This document shows positions 19,364 to 28,758 of a stretch of DNA of 64,000 bases, in pieces (position 1 is the stretch's first letter; the number at the start of each line of letters is the position of its first letter). The stretch lies in NCBI GenBank assembly GCA_039810125.1, contig JBDHWI010000001.1, positions 2,695 through 66,694 of the forward strand, in the 5' to 3' direction. The notes beneath the pieces are model-generated. The model did not search any database. It saw nothing but the letters and a program-made list of their open reading frames with translations, and was not told where the DNA came from. The position numbers and the translations under genes were made by a program. This DNA comes from Thermoflexales bacterium (lineage in GTDB: Bacteria; Chloroflexota; Anaerolineae; J036; Brachytrichaceae).

Positions 19364-20125
19364 CTATGTGTTGTGCCTCAAGTCGCCGATGATGTGGACG
19401 GCATGCGCGTCGCTGATGCGCTGTTCAATGGCTGCGCTGAGGCGAAAGGCGAGGTCGTTGAAGGCGAGATAGGTTGGGTCATGCACGGTTGTCAATTCAC
19501 AGACCTCGAAGCCGGCGCCTTGCGCCAGCGCAGTCAGCGCTGCAAGTGTGTTGGCGCGATAGGCCACCTGAAACGTGTCGTCTTCGCTGCGGCCATACAG
19601 CGCGCGCACCAGCCGCGCTTGCGCCAGCCGCGGCACGAGGCGATTGATGCGCGTGATGTAGTTCGCCGCGTTTGGGGTAAGAAAGACGAAGTGGCCGCCA
19701 GCCTTCAACACGCGCCTCACTTCTTCGAACATGCGCGCCGGCGCGACCACATGCTCCAGCACCCACGAGCACACCACCAAATCGAAGACGCCGGGGGCGA
19801 AGGGCAACGCGCCGGCGTCGCCGTTTACGCGCAGCATGTTTTTGGCGCGGTGGTGTTGCAGCGAGGGCAGGTGCGGATCGATACCGGTGGAGTGCGCGAC
19901 TTGATCGCTGAACAACTCCATCACCCCGCCGGCGCCACAGCCGAGGTCAAGCGTGACCGCATCTGCGCGGATGCGCCGGCGAACGAAGCTCTCGTACACC
20001 TCGCCACTGGTGCGCCAGCCGGCGTGTATGGCGCGGTAGCGCTCGCGATAGTGATTCTGTTTGTCGAGCGAGAGCATGTCATCTGCCATCCTGGGTGGAA
20101 TTTCTTGCCTGGCCCAGGATGACAT
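19364..20125 (-). CDS. class I SAM-dependent methyltransferase
   Basis: Motif [12 protein letters not shown], followed by [13 protein letters not shown] and LKAGGHFVF. Confidence 0.8.
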   Translation of the reverse strand: MSSWARQEIPPRMADDMLSLDKQNHYRERYRAIHAGWRTSGEVYESFVRRRIRADAVTLDLGCGAGGVMELFSDQVAHSTGIDPHLPSLQHHRAKNMLRVNGDAGALPFAPGVFDLVVCSWVLEHVVAPARMFEEVRRVLKAGGHFVFLTPNAANYITRINRLVPRLAQARLVRALYGRSEDDTFQVAYRANTLAALTALAQGAGFEVCELTTVHDPTYLAFNDLAFRLSAAIEQRISDAHAVHIIGDLRHNT

Positions 20126-20136
20126 CGCCTCTCAGA

Positions 20137-21249
20137 TCAAAACACGCCCTCTTCTGTCTCGCGGATCAGATGATCGACCACCGCCTTCAGGCTGCCGGTC
20201 TTTTCAAATACGGCCAGCTGGCGGTCGGCGCTGTTGCCGCCTTCGAGGATGCGATAGGCATACTCGATTTCCTTGCGGCTGCCCAACTCGTCGATGACAT
20301 CCACCAGGAACCATTCGATCAACTCGTGGATGAGGTCGCGCGTTGGCACCTCGGCCTGCTTGCCGAAGTCGATCAACTTGCCGCCCAGGCCATAGCGCAC
20401 TGCGCGCCACTTGTTCTCCTCGATCAGTGATGACGCATACACGCGAAAGGTCATGTTGTTGCTGCGCAGTTTCCAGCACTTGTAGCAGATGGCCTGGAAG
20501 AGCGCTGCGATGGCGACGGCTTCATCGACCTTGGTGCAGACGTCGCAGATGCGCATCTCCAGCGTCGGATATTTGTGATTGGGACGCAGATCCCACCAGA
20601 TCTTAGTGCCGTTGGGGATGGTGTTGGTGCGCACGAGCAAATCCAGGTTCTGTTCGAATTCACTCCATGAGTTGAAGCGCGGCGGGATGCCGGTGCGCGG
20701 GAAGTTGCGGAAGACCACGCTGCGGTAGCTTGACAAGCCGGTCTGGTTGCCAACCCAGAACGGTGATGAGGCAGACAGGCACAGGAGATGCGGCATGAAG
20801 TAGCGCGCCACATTCATCACGTCGATCATCGTCTCGCGATCCTCGATGCCGATGTGGACGTGCGTGCCGAAGATGAGCAGTTGCTGTGCCAGCATCTGCA
20901 TGGCTTCCTTCGTGCCGATGTAGCGCTCGTAGGGCGTGATTTCCTGCTCGGTCCAGTTGGAGAATGGGTGCGTGCCGGCGGCCACGATCTTCAGGTTGTT
21001 CTTCGAGGCCAACTCCATCACGCCGGCGCGCAGGCGCACCAGATCGGCGCGCGCCTCGCCAGGGGTGTTGCACACCTTCGTGCCAACCTCAACGATGGAC
21101 TGGTGCAGTTCCGGCTTGATGTCGATCTCCACCAGCATGCGCTTGTTCTCTTCCAGCATCTGCGTGATGTAACTTGTCAGCGCGCCGGTGTTGGGATCGA
21201 CGATCTGGTATTCCTCCTCAATGCCAATGTTGAAGGTGGGCTGTTGCAT
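20137..21249 (-). CDS. carboxylate-amine ligase, YbdK/GCS2 family
   Basis: N-terminus FNIGIEEEYQIVDP, then GTHPF and HVHIG, all typical of glutamate-cysteine ligase family 2. GGGAG RBS upstream. Confidence 0.85.
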   Translation of the reverse strand: MQQPTFNIGIEEEYQIVDPNTGALTSYITQMLEENKRMLVEIDIKPELHQSIVEVGTKVCNTPGEARADLVRLRAGVMELASKNNLKIVAAGTHPFSNWTEQEITPYERYIGTKEAMQMLAQQLLIFGTHVHIGIEDRETMIDVMNVARYFMPHLLCLSASSPFWVGNQTGLSSYRSVVFRNFPRTGIPPRFNSWSEFEQNLDLLVRTNTIPNGTKIWWDLRPNHKYPTLEMRICDVCTKVDEAVAIAALFQAICYKCWKLRSNNMTFRVYASSLIEENKWRAVRYGLGGKLIDFGKQAEVPTRDLIHELIEWFLVDVIDELGSRKEIEYAYRILEGGNSADRQLAVFEKTGSLKAVVDHLIRETEEGVF

Positions 21250-21292
21250 ATCTCCCTCGTTGACGTCGCGCGCGCTGCCTGCACGCGCGAGG

Positions 21293-22645
21293 CTATCTCT
21301 CTTCGATCACAAACGTCGGCACGGTGCTGCCGGCGCCAGCGGTCACGTTCAGCAGCGGGTCGGTGCTCAGTCGTGTCAGGCAACTGGACATGTACTCGCC
21401 ATACCAGATGTACGGGTTGGTGTCGAGCATCCGGTCAATCACCTGCACACGACCATCGGCGAAGCCGGCGTAGGGCTCGCTCGGCACAGTCACGCGCTCC
21501 TGCACGATGGATGGCGTGCTGATCGCCTCTTTCAACGCCTTCGCCCACTCGTCTTGTGTCGCTGTCCAACCCAACACCACGCCTTTGCCGCCATATTCAT
21601 CCGCCGGCTTCAATACCAGCCGGTCCTTGTTCTCGGCAATGAACGGCAGCATGTCGATGCGCTTGCCATTGAACATCGTGTAGCGCTCGGCCACGCGGCG
21701 CGTCCACGGGATATGCTTTGCAATTGCTTGCAATTCATCATCGCTGAACAGCTCGCTGTTGGCCTCATCGCTGATCACGGCGAAGCTGGTCTTGCGGTGC
21801 AGCACCTTGCAGTGGAATGGGTTGACCATGCACACAGCGTGGTCATTCACGGCCCGCACCACTGGATGATCGAAGCCGCCGCGCTCGATTAACTCGGTAA
21901 TCAGCACGCGCTTGTAGATGATGTTGATGTGGTAGCCCCGCGCGTAGAGCTTGCCATCGCGGTAGTCGCATTCGCGCGGGTCGGCGATGATGCAATCGTA
22001 GCCCTGCTCCTTGAAATACTGGTCGAACTGCACGAACTCGCTGTAGGTCGGCACTTCCTTCCAATCGAGGATGCAGATGCGTGGCCGCTCGCGCCCGCCC
22101 CATTGGCGGTAGCTCTCATTCAGCGCGTGCAGCACGTGGTGCTTGCCAGGCAGTGGCCGCACTTCATAGTGCCGTTCAAACTTGCGCATCACTGGCAGGG
22201 CAAATGTGATGTCGCTGAGCGCATCGTTGTAGCTGATGCCAGCTGGCGTCTCGGCGTTGTACTCGGTGAACTTCAATTCGCCAGTCTCTGGCACGAAGAA
22301 CGAGTCCATGCGCGCGGTTGGGCTGCTGGAGCGATAGGGCATGGGCAGGTTGATGAGTTTCTCCTCCCAGTCAGCCAGCACGAGTTGGGCGCGGATGCTG
22401 GCGTCGCTCAGCGCAGCGGCATGGGCCTTTGCAAACGCCGGCATGATGGTGCGGATGGCATGCTGTAGCAGGCGATGCTGCTCGTGCGTGATGAAGCGCG
22501 GGCGCAGCACGGTGCAAAGGGGGCGCGTGCCAAAAAACAGTCCGCGCCGATGCTGTTGCTCGGCCAGCAATTCGTTGCTTGCGCGCGCCAGCTCGTCATC
22601 AAGCAAACCGTGATAAAAGTCGATTGCTTTGTTTAGGTCTGTCAT
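21293..22645 (-). CDS. circularly permuted ATP-grasp / glutathionylspermidine-synthase-like amidoligase
   Basis: ATG at 22645 (MTDLNK). Segments RMDSFF..GELKFTEYNAETPAG, LVLKPADEYGGKGV and C-terminal LNVTAGAGSTVPTFV resemble CP_ATPgrasp-type proteins. Confidence 0.65.
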   Translation of the reverse strand: MTDLNKAIDFYHGLLDDELARASNELLAEQQHRRGLFFGTRPLCTVLRPRFITHEQHRLLQHAIRTIMPAFAKAHAAALSDASIRAQLVLADWEEKLINLPMPYRSSSPTARMDSFFVPETGELKFTEYNAETPAGISYNDALSDITFALPVMRKFERHYEVRPLPGKHHVLHALNESYRQWGGRERPRICILDWKEVPTYSEFVQFDQYFKEQGYDCIIADPRECDYRDGKLYARGYHINIIYKRVLITELIERGGFDHPVVRAVNDHAVCMVNPFHCKVLHRKTSFAVISDEANSELFSDDELQAIAKHIPWTRRVAERYTMFNGKRIDMLPFIAENKDRLVLKPADEYGGKGVVLGWTATQDEWAKALKEAISTPSIVQERVTVPSEPYAGFADGRVQVIDRMLDTNPYIWYGEYMSSCLTRLSTDPLLNVTAGAGSTVPTFVIEER

Positions 22646-22737
22646 GGTTTCCCTCGCAAGAGAAGAGAGAAAAGCGGATATCACCCCTGCCAGCTCACCC
22701 TTTGCCCATCCTTTTGCCTCTTTTCTCCTCTCTCCTG

Positions 22738-23643
22738 TTATGCCCTGAATGGCGCCGGCTGCGGTTGCGGTTGCTTTGCAAAGCGGATGCACATGTCGGC
22801 CATCTTCTCCACACACCAGCGATGGTATTCATAGCCGCATGAGTTGATGTCCATGTCCGGCGCCGGGTTCATGAAGTCGATGGCATACGGCACGCCATCG
22901 CGGATCGCCCATTCCACCGTGTTCATGTCGTAGCCCAGCGCGCGCACCAGCGCCAGCGACTCTTTCACGATGCGGGCGTGCAATTCATCGCTCAGCGTGT
23001 GCTTCAGATAGCGCCGGTTGATCGGATCGTACTTTGCCACGTACACCTCTTCCTGCCCGATGCACATACAGCGCACGTAGTCTTCCCATTTGATGTATTC
23101 CTGCAACACCATTGTGAGCAGACCGCTCTCGTTGTAGCGCTGATACAACTCGTCGTATGAATGCACCACATATACGCCGCGCCAGCCGCCGCCGTGCGCA
23201 TCCTTCAGCACCAGCGGGAAGCCGCCGAGATAATCGACGTGCTCGGCCCAGGGCATCGGATAAGTGAGATTGCGCAGGCTTTCATTGTGGACGATGCCCG
23301 GCACATACTCCTTGTTTGGCAACACCACTGTCTTGGGACTGCCAATGCCGAGCTTGGTCGCCAATGATGCCTCGAAGAACTTGTCATCGGCAGTCCACAT
23401 GAAGGGGTTGTTCACCACGCGCGTGCCTTGCAGCATGGCGTTCTTCAGGTAGGAGCGGTAGTACGGCACCTCGTGCGAGATGCGGTCGATGATGACGGCA
23501 TACTCGCAGGGCGTGTTCATCTGCGTGCCACCCAGCTTTACATATTCCGCAGTCACGCCGTCGTTGCGGTCGTTCACCTCTTCAATAAACGCCGGCGGCC
23601 ACGACCACTCGCGGCCCACGATCACTCCAATCTTTGCTGTCAC
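22738..23643 (-). CDS. ATP-grasp ligase (RimK/glutathione-synthetase-like)
   Basis: GTG at 23643 lies 4 nt after GGAGG (23648-23652). The ATG at 23664 would put that SD inside the gene. Motifs FPLVLKDAHGGGWRGVYVV, MVLQEYI and AIDFMNPAPD. Confidence 0.7.
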   Translation of the reverse strand: MTAKIGVIVGREWSWPPAFIEEVNDRNDGVTAEYVKLGGTQMNTPCEYAVIIDRISHEVPYYRSYLKNAMLQGTRVVNNPFMWTADDKFFEASLATKLGIGSPKTVVLPNKEYVPGIVHNESLRNLTYPMPWAEHVDYLGGFPLVLKDAHGGGWRGVYVVHSYDELYQRYNESGLLTMVLQEYIKWEDYVRCMCIGQEEVYVAKYDPINRRYLKHTLSDELHARIVKESLALVRALGYDMNTVEWAIRDGVPYAIDFMNPAPDMDINSCGYEYHRWCVEKMADMCIRFAKQPQPQPAPFRA

Positions 23644-23656
23644 GGTTCCTCCTTGT

Positions 23657-24382
23657 TCAATCATGCCCGCTGAGATACAACCCCAGCATCTTCTTCCAAT
23701 ACGGCCAATCGTGTGACCAGCCATCCCACAGCCGCAGGGCGTTGCCGATGCCCTTGTTCCACAGCACACTGCTCATGCGTTCGCTCTCACCACGCAATGA
23801 GTCATCTCGACCGGTGGCAATGATGATGTCCATCCGGCGCAGCGCCTCCAGCCGGCCCCAATCATTTTCGTGCTGCACGAAATCCATCGGGTTGTTGAAA
23901 TATACGTTGTCATCGCTGTAGTTGCCGGTGAAGCGTTTGATGTCATACATTCCGCTCATACCGATCATGCGTCCCACCAGATGCGGGAACTTGAACGCAA
24001 ATGCCGCGGCATGATAGGCGCCAAAGCTCGCACCCAGCGTGATCAGAAACGGATTGCCATTCTTGCTGCGTGAGAGCGGCAACACCTCATTCGCCAGATA
24101 GTTCATGTATTGTGTCTGACGCCAGCCGCGATGCCCAGGATGCGCGCCGTAGTTGTACCAGCTTTCAGCATCCACGCTGTCTACCGCGTAGATTTGCAAC
24201 CAGCCTTGTTCGATGGCGTGGCCCATGGCATCCGGGCCGTACATGCCGCGGTCTTCCCATTCGTAGAAGCGCCCCTGCGACGTGGGAAAAACCAGCACGC
24301 GCGCGCCGGCGTGGCCGACGATGATCATCTCCATATCCCGCCCAAGCGACGGGCTCCACCATCTGTGAAATTCGCGATGCAT
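23657..24382 (-). CDS. esterase-family alpha/beta hydrolase (putative esterase, PF00756-like)
   Basis: Nucleophile elbow-like LGASFGAYHA. The overall pattern matches esterase D / enterochelin-esterase-like proteins. Confidence 0.65.
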   Translation of the reverse strand: MHREFHRWWSPSLGRDMEMIIVGHAGARVLVFPTSQGRFYEWEDRGMYGPDAMGHAIEQGWLQIYAVDSVDAESWYNYGAHPGHRGWRQTQYMNYLANEVLPLSRSKNGNPFLITLGASFGAYHAAAFAFKFPHLVGRMIGMSGMYDIKRFTGNYSDDNVYFNNPMDFVQHENDWGRLEALRRMDIIIATGRDDSLRGESERMSSVLWNKGIGNALRLWDGWSHDWPYWKKMLGLYLSGHD

Positions 24383-24452
24383 ATGTTTTTGACCGGGTGA
24401 AAAGGCAGCGCAATGAAGAGACGACGCACAAGTGACGGGCGCGATCAGCCCG

Positions 24453-25697
24453 TCACCTCACCCCATCACCTGCTCCCAATTCACGCCTTCTCCTTCTTCT
24501 TGTTCTTCGCCGGCGTGTTTGTGACTGTAGTTTAAGCGCGGCGTCGATGGCTGCCGGCGCCGAGACCACACCCGCGCCCTGGCGCTCCAACGGCACATCT
24601 GCCAGCGGTTGCGCGGTATCGATCAGAATCTGCTTCACCTGTGCCGGCGTCAGCGTCGCGTTTGCCTCCAGCATCTGCGCCACGATCGACGACACGATTG
24701 GCGCGGCGAAGCTCGTGCCATCCACATGCTGGTAGTGCGGGTGGATGAACTTCTCGTCGTTCATGCGCTGCCGCACAATGCGTCGGATCTCGTGCAGCGG
24801 CCGGCTCATCGTCTCCACGCTGATGCGGCGCTTGGCCTCTTTTGTGCGCAGCAGGCGCCGCAACTCTTCGTCGGTCGCGCGCTCGATGCGCCACAGGAAT
24901 TGGGCTTCGTTGTGCGTGGCGGTGTGCGGCAGCATGGGCGCAGCCACCCACTGCGCCGGCGCGATCACCTCTGGCTTTGTTGTTCCAAGCGCGCCGCGCC
25001 CGTAATTGCTGTGATACATGCGGTGGCGCGACGGGTCGAGCGAGTTGAAATCGTTCAGGCCGCCAGCAGTGATGGCTGAGGGTGCGCTGGCTGGCGGCGT
25101 CACGCGCTTTGCGCCGCCATTGCCGGCAGCGCACACCACCACGACGCCGGCCTTCACTGTCTCCTCGACGAGTTGATCCAACCGCGTCAGCCGGCTGCTG
25201 CTTGGCACATCCCCGCCCAGCGAGATGTTGATGATGCGAATGTTGAAGCGCGCCGCATTGTCCAGCGTCCACTTCAGTGCGCGAAAGATGTTGTCTTCGT
25301 TGATGCGGCTGTTGCTGGGGCTGCCTGTCTTCACCAGCACCACGCGCGCGTCTGGCACGATGCCGGCGTAGCGATACATGCTCATGAAGCCGTTGCCGGC
25401 GCAGGCGCAACTGGTCATCATGCCGTGCCAACTGCTCACATGCGGCAGGCTGAAATCGGCGTCCTCACGCACTTTCTCATAGCGCGCGTCGGCGCAGTGG
25501 ACGATGCGGTTGTCTGGTTGAATCAGGTCGGGATGCGGGTAGAAGCCCGAATCGAGGAACGCAAGCGTGATGCCCTTGCCGGTGTAGCGGGGGCTTGCGT
25601 TCATGCGCAGCGGCGTGGGCAGCACGAGTTCGACGTCTTCCAGATCGTTGATGAAAGGCAGCTGCATTGGCGCGCAAAATACCACACTAATCGCCAA
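24453..25697 (-). CDS. S8 (subtilisin-family) serine peptidase, no signal peptide, poly-Arg C-terminus
   Basis: Catalytic triad contexts AFLDSGF (Asp), SWHGMMTS (His) and DGTSFAAP (Ser). The ORF start at 25697 is TTG. An alternative ATG is at 25667. Confidence 0.85.
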   Translation of the reverse strand: MAISVVFCAPMQLPFINDLEDVELVLPTPLRMNASPRYTGKGITLAFLDSGFYPHPDLIQPDNRIVHCADARYEKVREDADFSLPHVSSWHGMMTSCACAGNGFMSMYRYAGIVPDARVVLVKTGSPSNSRINEDNIFRALKWTLDNAARFNIRIINISLGGDVPSSSRLTRLDQLVEETVKAGVVVVCAAGNGGAKRVTPPASAPSAITAGGLNDFNSLDPSRHRMYHSNYGRGALGTTKPEVIAPAQWVAAPMLPHTATHNEAQFLWRIERATDEELRRLLRTKEAKRRISVETMSRPLHEIRRIVRQRMNDEKFIHPHYQHVDGTSFAAPIVSSIVAQMLEANATLTPAQVKQILIDTAQPLADVPLERQGAGVVSAPAAIDAALKLQSQTRRRRTRRRRRRELGAGDGVR

Positions 25698-26658
25698 TCT
25701 CCAACAAGATTTTTAGCACACCGGGCTGTTGCGCGTGTGCCAGCGCGTCAATTCCCTGGGATAGGGGATAGCGCGCGTGAATCAGCGATTGCACATCGAT
25801 GCGCTTCTGTTCCAGCAGGCGCAATGCGGCCGCGAAGGGACCGCAGCGTGAGCCAATCACTGTGATCTCGTCGACCACCAGCATGGTGAGGTTGGCCTGC
25901 GGCAGACCCTGATAGGTGCTCTTCAACACCAGTGTGCCGCGCGGTCGCAGCATCTGCCGTGCGGCGTCGAAGCCGGCGGCGGAGCCGGTGCATTCCACCA
26001 CCACGTCAAACTGTCTGGCGAAGGTTTCTTCGGGCGAAACGATCCTCGTTGATATGCCGCGCCGGCGCAGAATCTCCAATTTATTTGCATGCCGGCCCAG
26101 CGCAATCAGGTCGCATGGCACAGTCGCCAGCACCTGCGCGCACAGCAACCCCAACTTGCCGTCGCCAATCACTGCTACGCGGTCTGTCGGCTTTACATGC
26201 ACCTGTTCCAGAATCTGACATGCGGCGGCCAATGGCTCGACGAACACCGCTTCGTCGTCGCTTACGCTCGCTGGCACGCGGTGCAGGTTGACGATGGGCA
26301 GCGTGGTGTAATCGGCAAATGCGCCGTCGCGCCGATCGATGCCGAGCGTGTTGCGGGACGGGTCTTGCGCGCGCTCGAAGAAATCCCGTGAGGGCGAATC
26401 GCATGGCACGCAGTTGATCTCGCCAACGACGCGGTCGCCGATTGCGATTTCGGAATGCTGTGCAGCGAGTTGCGTCACCACACCGACAAACTCATGCCCC
26501 AACACGCCTTTGAAACCAAAGTAACCCTTGAGGATTTCGACATCGGTGTTGCAGATGCCGGCGCGGGTGACACGGATGAGTGCCTCGCCGGCCGGCGGCT
26601 GCGGCATGGGGCGGTCGTTGGTGAAGGTGAGTTGATCGGACAGAACGAGTGCGCGCAT
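25687..26658 (-). CDS. zinc-dependent medium-chain alcohol dehydrogenase/reductase
   Basis: ATG at 26658 (MRALVL). Zinc-site contexts GICNTDVEI and GHEFVG. Rossmann motif VIGDGKLG. Confidence 0.85.
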   Translation of the reverse strand: MRALVLSDQLTFTNDRPMPQPPAGEALIRVTRAGICNTDVEILKGYFGFKGVLGHEFVGVVTQLAAQHSEIAIGDRVVGEINCVPCDSPSRDFFERAQDPSRNTLGIDRRDGAFADYTTLPIVNLHRVPASVSDDEAVFVEPLAAACQILEQVHVKPTDRVAVIGDGKLGLLCAQVLATVPCDLIALGRHANKLEILRRRGISTRIVSPEETFARQFDVVVECTGSAAGFDAARQMLRPRGTLVLKSTYQGLPQANLTMLVVDEITVIGSRCGPFAAALRLLEQKRIDVQSLIHARYPLSQGIDALAHAQQPGVLKILLEIGD

Positions 26659-26777
26659 GTTGCGAGGATAACACTTGCACGGTGGCTTGTAGTGCCGGCG
26701 CCTGAGCCTGGCATGAACCCGCGCCGGCTGTGCGCCTGCCCTCGATAGAATGGGCATGGCGCAACACGCCACATGCC

Positions 26778-27644
26778 ATGTCGCAGATCGATGCCCTTTC
26801 GCAAACCCGCCTTGACGAGCAGATACTGCTGCGCCGCATCAAAGCCGGCGACCCGGCCGCTTGTGCTGTTTGCGTTGAATCGCACTCGCCCAATCTGTAT
26901 CGCATGGCCATGCGCGTGTTGCGCGATGAGGCTGAAGCTGAGGATGTATTGCAGGAAACCTTCCTTAGCGCATTCAAAGCCATCGCACAGTTTGATGGCC
27001 GCTCAAGCCTTGGCACATGGCTGTATCGCATTGCCTACAATAACGCGCTGATGAAGTTGCGCAGCCGGCGCGACGCTCTCTCGCTCGATGACGACGCCGG
27101 CGACGCCATGCCGCTGCAAATTGCCTCGCCCGATATTTCGCCTGATGACATGATCGTGGAGCAGGAGACTGCGCAGATGCTTGGCGATGCCGTCGACAAA
27201 CTCCCCAAGACGCTGCGTGAAGTGTTTGTGTTGCGCGAGATGGAGGACCTCACCACGCTGGAGACGGCGCGCAGGCTCAGTCTCAGCGAGGGTGCGGTGA
27301 AGGTGAGGCTGCACCGCGCGCGGCTGGCGCTGCGTCAGCACATGGCTGATTACATGAACAAGGTGGAACCTGCCGAGGCGCCGGTGCAGTCGCTAGCCTG
27401 CGCCGAAGCCCTGCGCTTCATGGAGCAAACCGAAAAACGCGGCCAGAAGGTGGATGCGTCATTGCGCGATTCGCTGCGCGAATATATTGCTGCGTGCGAG
27501 CAGTGCCGGCTGCTGCTTGATCCAAAGCATGAATCGGTGTTGTTCTACTGTGACGAACACGAAAACCCCGTGCCAGAGCGCGTGCAGCGCCGGCTCTACA
27601 AGCGCATTCAGCAGATGTGGGCCGACCGCCAGACTGGCGTGTGA
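26778..27644 (+). CDS. ECF-type sigma-70 factor with a fused Cys-rich (ZAS-like) C-terminal extension
   Basis: Region 2 (DVLQETFLSAFKAI..F...S.L.TWLYRIAYN), region 4 (LREVFVLREMEDLTTLETARRLSLSEGAVKVRLHRAR), then ~110 extra residues containing C..(33)..YIAACEQC and FYCDEHE. Confidence 0.8.
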   Translation: MSQIDALSQTRLDEQILLRRIKAGDPAACAVCVESHSPNLYRMAMRVLRDEAEAEDVLQETFLSAFKAIAQFDGRSSLGTWLYRIAYNNALMKLRSRRDALSLDDDAGDAMPLQIASPDISPDDMIVEQETAQMLGDAVDKLPKTLREVFVLREMEDLTTLETARRLSLSEGAVKVRLHRARLALRQHMADYMNKVEPAEAPVQSLACAEALRFMEQTEKRGQKVDASLRDSLREYIAACEQCRLLLDPKHESVLFYCDEHENPVPERVQRRLYKRIQQMWADRQTGV

Positions 27645-27688
27645 CTTTTCTCGCTGCTGCGGCGCGCATCTCAAGGTAAGGTGCAACC

Positions 27689-28543
27689 ATGTCTGTCTCT
27701 GCAATCACGTTGCCGGCGTTGTGGCGCAAGCATATCGCGCTGCCGCAACAGCATGGCTCGTGGGTGTTGTGGCTGGGACCCTATCTCACCGGGCTGGGTA
27801 TAGGCGGGTTTCTCAGACCCGGCCTGCTGTGGCTGAGCCTCGCCAGCCTCGGCGCATTCCTCGCCCTGCAGCCGCTCACCGTCTTGGTGAAAGCCCTCTG
27901 TGGCCGGCGCACGCGTGATGACATCATGCCGGCGCTGTTCTGGCTCGCGCTCTACGGTTTGTTGATCGCTGCCGGCGCAATCGGCCTGGTCGCCACTGGC
28001 AATGCCTTTGTGCTGCTATTGGGCGCGCTGGCTGTGCCGGCGGTGGCATGGCAACTATGGCTGGTGACGCGCAAAGCCGAGCGCCATGCGCTGTGGGCCG
28101 AGGTAACCGGCACAGCAGCGCTCGCGCTGGCTGCGCCGGCGGCCTTGTGGGTCGATGCCGGCTTTTCGACGATGGGTCTGTGGTTGTGGTTGTTGTGTGC
28201 GTTGCAGGCCGGCGCTTCCATCACCCACGTTTATGCCCAACTCGCCTATCGGCGCATGGCGGCTGTGCCGGCATTGCCGCAGCGCTGGTCTTTGGCGCGA
28301 CTGTCAGTTGTCTGGCATGTCTTCAATGTGGCTGTGGCGGCAGGTTTGGCTGCGTTGGGACGGGCGCCGGCGTTGGTTATTCTCCCGTTTGTCGTCGTGC
28401 TGGCTGAATCGATGTATGGCGACCTGATGAAGCCACACGTCGGCGTAAAGCCGGCGGTCATTGGCGTGCGGCAGATGTTCGTTGCGCTCATCTTCGCCGC
28501 ATTGATGATTGCGTCATACCGGTTGGGTGGCGGACAAATCTAG
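27689..28543 (+). CDS. YwiC-like polytopic membrane protein
   Basis: 8 hydrophobic helices. The N-terminus HIALPQQHGSWVLWLGPYLTG resembles the YwiC-like family. Confidence 0.55.
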   Translation: MSVSAITLPALWRKHIALPQQHGSWVLWLGPYLTGLGIGGFLRPGLLWLSLASLGAFLALQPLTVLVKALCGRRTRDDIMPALFWLALYGLLIAAGAIGLVATGNAFVLLLGALAVPAVAWQLWLVTRKAERHALWAEVTGTAALALAAPAALWVDAGFSTMGLWLWLLCALQAGASITHVYAQLAYRRMAAVPALPQRWSLARLSVVWHVFNVAVAAGLAALGRAPALVILPFVVVLAESMYGDLMKPHVGVKPAVIGVRQMFVALIFAALMIASYRLGGGQI

Positions 28544-28671
28544 CCATTCGGCTAGTCACAGCGGCGCGCAGATTGTGTAGGATCGTGATGGACATCACAA
28601 ACAAGTAACGCCGAATAACAATCGCCAGGGCCCACGTGCCGGGTTTTGGCAGATTGCCTCCTGTGTGTGGC

Positions 28672-28705
28672 AAAAGGGGCAACCGCAAGTTGGGTTGCCC
28701 CTTTT
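28672..28705. terminator. bidirectional rho-independent terminator
   Basis: AAAA, then a 9-bp stem GGGGCAACC / GGTTGCCCC with an 8-nt loop, then TTTT. Confidence 0.55.
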
Positions 28706-28720
28706 GCGTGCGCGGAAAAT

Positions 28721-28758
28721 GCGAAACGCCGAACCTAACCCAGGGTCCGGCGTTTCGC
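28721..28758 (-). terminator. stem-loop just downstream of htrA
   Basis: GCGAAACGCCG / CGGCGTTTCGC forms an 11-bp perfect stem with a 16-nt loop, 22 nt after the htrA stop. The U-tract is weak. Confidence 0.4.

Noticed and set aside
19211-20122. 303-aa plus-strand ORF opposite the methyltransferase
   Set aside because: The minus-strand frame has SAM-binding motif I and an RBS. The plus-strand frame has no motifs and a GC-rich antisense composition.
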